A stretch of DNA of 62,121 nucleotides, filler included, from Coriobacteriales bacterium (GTDB lineage Bacteria > Actinomycetota > Coriobacteriia > Coriobacteriales > UBA8131), in NCBI GenBank assembly GCA_031263105.1. It is 3 parts of 3 records of this genome, joined end to end, with 100 filler letters (N's around TTAATTAATTAA, not from the genome) between each part and the next. Parts side by side here need not be neighbours in the genome. Positions count along the whole stretch, not along the records: positions 39,404 to 62,121 come from JAISGJ010000106.1; 2 more parts are not named here. One strand, given 5' to 3'. This document shows positions 57,550 to 62,121 of the stretch, one piece after another. Within the stretch, counting starts at the first letter, position 1; every line of letters starts with the position of its first letter. Under the pieces are notes generated by a model. It was not told the origin of the DNA. It ran no database searches and saw nothing but the letters and a program-made list of their open reading frames with translations. The position numbers and the translations under genes were made by a program.

Positions 57550-57918
57550 CTACACCAATCCCAGATACTTCTCAAAGAACGCCAGCAACTTCTCTATGAT
57601 GCCTTGCTTCTTAGCCGCCCGGTTGTCGCCGCCGAAGCGTGAGGTGGGCGGCATTATCCTGTCGATGTCTGTGCCGGTTGTCTTCAAGGAGCCGTCGCGG
57701 AACGCCCTCTCGATGAGCTGGCGCGTCGCGTCGTCCTTGAGGTTGTCGCCCTTGATGAGCGCGGTCAGGTCTTCCTCTTTGCGCTTCTGGATGAACCGCC
57801 GCCAGTCCTCGTCAACCTTGGTGTCGATGTTCACCTGCTCGATGAAATGCTCGATAAGCTCCTTCTTGCTGCGTAGCTCGATGCTGGAGCCGATGGCCTT
57901 GTCGATGGCCGTGAGGAT
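57550..57918 (-). pseudogene. hsdR: C-terminal remnant of a type I restriction subunit HsdR
   Basis: IDKAIGSSIELRSKKELIE.FI, AFRDG.LKTTGTDID.IMPP.SRFGG..RA.KKQ..IEKL..FFEKY; nothing homologous upstream. Confidence 0.75.
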
Positions 57919-57969
57919 GCACTGGTGAAGGAGACATAGAGAGGTGCCGAGGAGAAAGCGGAGGGACGC

Positions 57970-58173
57970 ATGGCCGTATATCTGATTGATTACGAGAATG
58001 TGCACAAGAGCGACCTCGCTGGGATGCAGAAGCTCTCTGACAGCGACACCGTTATCGTGTTCGTTGGAAGCAAGATAGGCAACAGGCCGAAGGAGACAGT
58101 GCGCCAACGGCGGCCTCCACGACCCCTCCAAGGCTTGACGACGCGACGAGGGCAACAATACGCAGGATTGTGA
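57970..58173 (+). pseudogene. N-terminal fragment of a PIN/NYN-like protein
   Basis: MAVYLIDYENV...L.G...L...D.VIVF, then the sequence degenerates; GAGGG RBS. Confidence 0.6.
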
Positions 58174-58243
58174 AAGGCGAGCAGTTAAGCCCTCAGAGCT
58201 ACACGGGCATATACAACCTGTTTTGAATGAGGGCGAGAAGCAG

Positions 58244-58404
58244 GTTACCGTTCAGACCCACTGTCATTCCGAGCCTGCCGAGGAATCCTCGACCGCACCA
58301 GCGGTCGACCGCAGGTCGAGGGGCCTCTGACCTGCCGTTGGACACTGCGTGTCCAAAGATTCCTCGGCGGAGCTCGGAATGACAGTGAGGGTGTGAACGG
58401 TAAC
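58244..58404. mobile_element. MITE copy G (161 bp) with a perfect 8-bp TSD
   Basis: GTTACCGTTCAGACCC ... GGGTGTGAACGGTAAC; AGAAGCAG at 58236-58243 and 58405-58412. Confidence 0.93.
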
Positions 58405-58585
58405 AGAAGCAGGGACTCCACTCCGGGCTTGTGCGGCTGTTCAAGCAAGAGTGAGGCAGGCATCTATACGATTTGCTAAAGGACACCTTCGAGCAGCATA
58501 AAGCGTGAGAACAGGCAATGCGGTAAGCAAAAACGACGAGTGTCGGCTATTGCACGTCGGCTATTGTGCACACCATATGTTTTGC

Positions 58586-59059
58586 CTACGGCACCGCGAA
58601 GCCGAATCCGGGCAGGTGGCATTCGTTGCAGTAGAGGGATGAGTCGGCGTGGTTGCTGTGGCAGAGGGTGCATCGTGGCGTTCCAGCGTGCGAGTCGTGG
58701 GGGTTCTGCAGGCCTTGGGTCGGGTCGTCGTAGTCAGCGGTGCTGGCGATCACGTCCTCTTGGGCGTGGCATGAGAGGCAGGTTTTCTCTGCGGGCATGG
58801 CGTAGTCCTCGTCGGACGAGACCTGTCCGTGGCATGTCGTGCATGCCACGCCGTCCTCGACGTGCTTGTTCATGGCGGTGGCGTCGGCCACGGTGAGCTT
58901 GGTCTGCGCAAGCTCGACCGTCTGCGCATCGTCGACCGACTGTTCCTGCGGAGCGGGGCTGCAGGCAACGAGGATGGCCGCAACGAATGCCACGCAGAAA
59001 CCGCTTATGCAGAGCTTCTTGGACTGCTTGTGCCATAATTCAGCAAGCCGTCTGTTCAT
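58586..59059 (-). CDS. Tetrahaem cytochrome c lipoprotein
   Basis: Four CxxCH (CTTCH, CLSCH, CTLCH, CNECH), NPHDSH, lipobox LVAC; GAAGGAG RBS. Confidence 0.92.
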   Translation of the reverse strand: MNRRLAELWHKQSKKLCISGFCVAFVAAILVACSPAPQEQSVDDAQTVELAQTKLTVADATAMNKHVEDGVACTTCHGQVSSDEDYAMPAEKTCLSCHAQEDVIASTADYDDPTQGLQNPHDSHAGTPRCTLCHSNHADSSLYCNECHLPGFGFAVP

Positions 59060-59084
59060 GGGTGCTCCTTCCTCCCTTATGGCC

Positions 59085-60761
59085 CTACTCAAAGATCTCT
59101 TCGATGGCACGGCGGGCGGCGAGCCTGCCTCCGGTGAGGGCGAAGCCCACGCTTGCGAGCAGGCTGCCCGTCTCCCCTGCCACGAAAAGCCCCGGTATCG
59201 CGTGTCCCTCGGCATCCGTCACATGGAAGTCCTCGTCAGCGACCAAGCCGCCCCAGGTGTTGAAGGCGCTGGCGCCGACCTGCTTGACCGCATAGAAGGG
59301 AGGCGTGAGTATCGGGACCATGAACGGGGGTTCCTTGAAGAAGTCCTCGTCGTAGCCCTTCTCGCACAGCTCGTTGTACCTGTCGACGGTCTTCTGGAGC
59401 TGAGGGGCATCGACCTCCATCAAGGCGGCGAGATCCTGTATGGTGTCCGCCTTCATGATGGTGCCGTCGGCCAACGACTCCTCGAACTGCTTGTCGAACC
59501 AAGGGACGGGGTACTCGCAGAAGACCGGCATGAAGCGCTCGATGAGGTCTTCCTTTCTGATGCAGTCGGCATCGAAGAGCGTGAAGGAGGTCGCGTCGGG
59601 CTGGTGGATGTTCATCGCGGCCTGGTAGGAGAACAGGTAGCCTGCGTACCTGCTTTCGGTGAAATAGCGCTTGGCCAGTTTGTTGACCGAGAGCGACTTC
59701 TGGCGTACCAACTGGTTCGCTGCCGTGTAGACGCCGAATGCGCCCAGCTCCCGTTTCGCGCCGCCGTCCCAAAGCTCGATCTCGTGCATGTTGACGGTTG
59801 CGGCACCGACCCCTTGCGCCATGCGGATGCCCTCACCCATCGCAGAGGGCATCCCCCACGACCTCACCGCCCGTACGGCGTCTCCCGGGTAATACTTGTC
59901 CAGCATCGCCCGGTTAGAGGCGAAGCCACCGGTGCAGAGCAGCACCCGCCGCCCCTTGACGAAGACGTCGTTGCCGCTGAAGTCCCTACAGGCGACCCCG
60001 ACCACTGCATCGCCTTCTTGCACGAGGGCATATGCCGGATGCTCTGTAAGCACGGTGGCGTTCTCAAGCTCTAACGAGGTCTGATACAGCGCCTCGGTGA
60101 ATCCCCGCGCAGTGTTCGGATGCCAGTAGTACCAGTCCCCCTCCTCAAGATCCGGGCAGGTCGGCATGTGCGCCGCTCCGGGAGGCAGGCCCCCCGCTGC
60201 TTGGCGCGAGTACTTCACACCGCACTCTGCGAGCCATTCGCACGCCTCTGCTTGCGCCGCAAGGAGCTTGCGCGTGAGCACGGCGTTGCGGCCCGACTGC
60301 ACGTTCGGCGACAGCGCGGCATTGTCATCGCTCCAGAAACGCTCCTCTAGGCTCAAGGACGGCATGCCCATCGACAGCTGAAACGAGTCCCCGATGGTGC
60401 CAGCAAAGACTATGGCGAGAGAGGTGTCGCCTCCGGTGAAGGGATTCTTCTCTACCAGGACGGCACGCTTGCCCGCTTGGGCGCATGTCACCAGTGCGGA
60501 CAGGCCAGCCCCGCCGCCGCCGACTATGACCAGATCGGCCTCATGATCCCATGTCTCAGGTGCGCCGACAGGCGGCATCGGCTCTGCCGTGGCGTCCTGC
60601 GTCTTGGGGTAGGTCTCCCCGCCCTTCTCCGGAACAGGGATTCCTTCGGATGCGCGGGCCACGCTTGGGATTATCGCCGACAACGCTGCCGCCCCCACCC
60701 CCGATGCCGCTACCTTGAAGAAGCCCCTGCGACTGACATTGAGACTTGCGTTCCTCTCCAT
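59085..60761 (-). CDS. Tat-exported FAD oxidoreductase (flavocytochrome c flavin subunit family)
   Basis: SRRGFFK...ARA, DLVIVGGGGAG, CTGGF, PPFYA, TWGGL, IPGLFVAGE; ATG 60761. Confidence 0.9.
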   Translation of the reverse strand: MERNASLNVSRRGFFKVAASGVGAAALSAIIPSVARASEGIPVPEKGGETYPKTQDATAEPMPPVGAPETWDHEADLVIVGGGGAGLSALVTCAQAGKRAVLVEKNPFTGGDTSLAIVFAGTIGDSFQLSMGMPSLSLEERFWSDDNAALSPNVQSGRNAVLTRKLLAAQAEACEWLAECGVKYSRQAAGGLPPGAAHMPTCPDLEEGDWYYWHPNTARGFTEALYQTSLELENATVLTEHPAYALVQEGDAVVGVACRDFSGNDVFVKGRRVLLCTGGFASNRAMLDKYYPGDAVRAVRSWGMPSAMGEGIRMAQGVGAATVNMHEIELWDGGAKRELGAFGVYTAANQLVRQKSLSVNKLAKRYFTESRYAGYLFSYQAAMNIHQPDATSFTLFDADCIRKEDLIERFMPVFCEYPVPWFDKQFEESLADGTIMKADTIQDLAALMEVDAPQLQKTVDRYNELCEKGYDEDFFKEPPFMVPILTPPFYAVKQVGASAFNTWGGLVADEDFHVTDAEGHAIPGLFVAGETGSLLASVGFALTGGRLAARRAIEEIFE

Positions 60762-61036
60762 ATGCCTTCCCTCCTGCTCTCTGTCGCGCCTGCATCTGCG
60801 CCTGGCTTGTTGCCAGGGAGTGTCCGGGGAACCCGTCACCCCGTATGCATCCTCACTCGAATTCGGCTTGTTGTCTTGTTCGGGTTGCCTCATTCCACAT
60901 TTTGCCTCGCCTGTCCCAATTTGAGTTCCTGCATTTCAAATACTTAGTCTACAAGCTATCTCGGCAAGGCGGAAGCGAATTATTGTGCCGCTTGATGTAA
61001 ACTATTCGTTGCGTTCATAATTCTGAGGAGGCCTAT

Positions 61037-61945
61037 ATGAACAGCAGGCAACTGGAGTACTTCGTCACGCTCTGTAGGACGGGCAATGTCACCTCGGCCA
61101 GCGAAGAGCTGTTCTTGACCAGGCAGGCCCTCTCGAAGAGCCTTCGTGCCCTTGAGGAGGAGGTCGGATCACGACTCTTCGTCAGAAAGAGCAACGGGGT
61201 CGAACTGACCGAGGCGGGGCACACGGTCAGGGACAGCGCCCAGCAGATACTGCTCATGTGGAACCATGCGCTCGACAGGGTGTCCATGAGGGAGGTCGAG
61301 CGGATCATCAGACTGGGTGTGCATATGACCCATATCACCGACGAGGCCATAGACTTCTGCATGGCGTATCAGGACAAGGCCTCGAACGTGAGAATCGAAT
61401 TGTATGACAACGAGGACTACACGTCGTTGTTCAAACTGCTGCGCGAGAACAGGCTCGATATCGCCAACGTCAGGAAGCGGCCGGAAAACGAGGACCTGAA
61501 GTGGTTCAAGACCAGGGACTGCATCGTCTATCTCATGGTGCACAAGGACAATCCTTTGGCCGAACTCGACAGCGTCGATTTCATGAGAGACCTCAAAGGA
61601 TGCCGGAGCTATGTCGTGTCCCGGGACACGATAGCGGAGATGACCCCTTATGCCAACGAGGCAGGCATCGTCCTGGAGTACATGACGCCGTCCCTTCTCG
61701 CCTTGCGCGTCGCTCTCAACCACAACAGGGGCGTGTTCTTCTCGCCTGACATCTCCGCGAAGATGCTGGCAAGCGAGACCATCGTCGCCCGAAGGGTCGA
61801 TGCTTTTCCCTTGGAGACCGTGAATTATTTCGTGTATCGGCCCAACCCATCGGCACTCATCGTCGAGTACCTGGATTACCTGCAAGGATTCTCTTCATTG
61901 CCCGTGCATTGCTTGAACGGACAGCCTGCCTGTCGTCGGCCTTGA
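61037..61945 (+). CDS. LysR-family transcriptional regulator
   Basis: QLEYF......NVTSASEELFLTRQALSK.LR.LEEE.G..LF.R; divergent from the flavoprotein operon. Confidence 0.92.
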   Translation: MNSRQLEYFVTLCRTGNVTSASEELFLTRQALSKSLRALEEEVGSRLFVRKSNGVELTEAGHTVRDSAQQILLMWNHALDRVSMREVERIIRLGVHMTHITDEAIDFCMAYQDKASNVRIELYDNEDYTSLFKLLRENRLDIANVRKRPENEDLKWFKTRDCIVYLMVHKDNPLAELDSVDFMRDLKGCRSYVVSRDTIAEMTPYANEAGIVLEYMTPSLLALRVALNHNRGVFFSPDISAKMLASETIVARRVDAFPLETVNYFVYRPNPSALIVEYLDYLQGFSSLPVHCLNGQPACRRP

Positions 61946-62121
61946 GGCAGAGAACCTCGCAACGACTGTCCTTCTGCGCCTTCGCAGGCCGAGGGGAGAC
62001 CTAAGAACGCCCCCCCCCCCCCCCCCCCCCCCCGCCCCCACCACAGTGGGGGGGTGGGAGGGGGGGCGGGGGCGCCCCCGCCCCCCCACCAGCGCCCCCC
62101 CCCCCCCCCCCCCCCGGGGGC

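Noticed and set aside
56485..58404. Composite transposon formed by MITEs F and G around the nuclease
   Set aside because: Each copy has its own different 8-bp duplication, indicating independent insertions
62005..62121. Long poly-C/poly-G tracts (also 6378-6399, 34275-34293, 34774-34787)
   Set aside because: Likely low-quality or homopolymer artefacts, especially at the contig end

Overview
High-GC chromosomal DNA that looks like a Coriobacteriia (Eggerthellaceae-like) anaerobe. This is inferred from the TsaB-RimI-TsaD fusion, a multi-TM LuxR regulator and Tat-exported flavoproteins. The window is three contigs (1-24047, 24148-39303, 39404-62121) joined by artificial N-TTAATTAATTAA-N spacers, so gene order across the joins is meaningless. 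Housekeeping genes include alr, udg, tsaE, tsaB-rimI-tsaD, a K+/H+ antiporter, ecfA/ecfT, cca, pheA, ileS-lspA-rluD and hemH. Metabolic genes include a C1/folate methyl-branch cluster (metF-metV fusion, fhs, fchA, folD, 5-FCL, RACo-type activator) and three Tat flavoenzymes, one with a tetrahaem cytochrome c. There are also lower-GC ABC exporters, a large repeat-rich surface protein and several toxin-antitoxin or defence remnants. Two signals stand out. First, in a TA cluster upstream of ileS, an orphan basic, RNase-like 136-aa ORF is followed directly by two 95%-identical copies of a ~100-nt two-hairpin element, a candidate RNA-antitoxin system. Second, a MITE family (about 7 copies) has GTTAC...GTAAC terminal inverted repeats, 8-bp target-site duplications, covarying ends and swappable palindromic cargo, with no transposase in the window.
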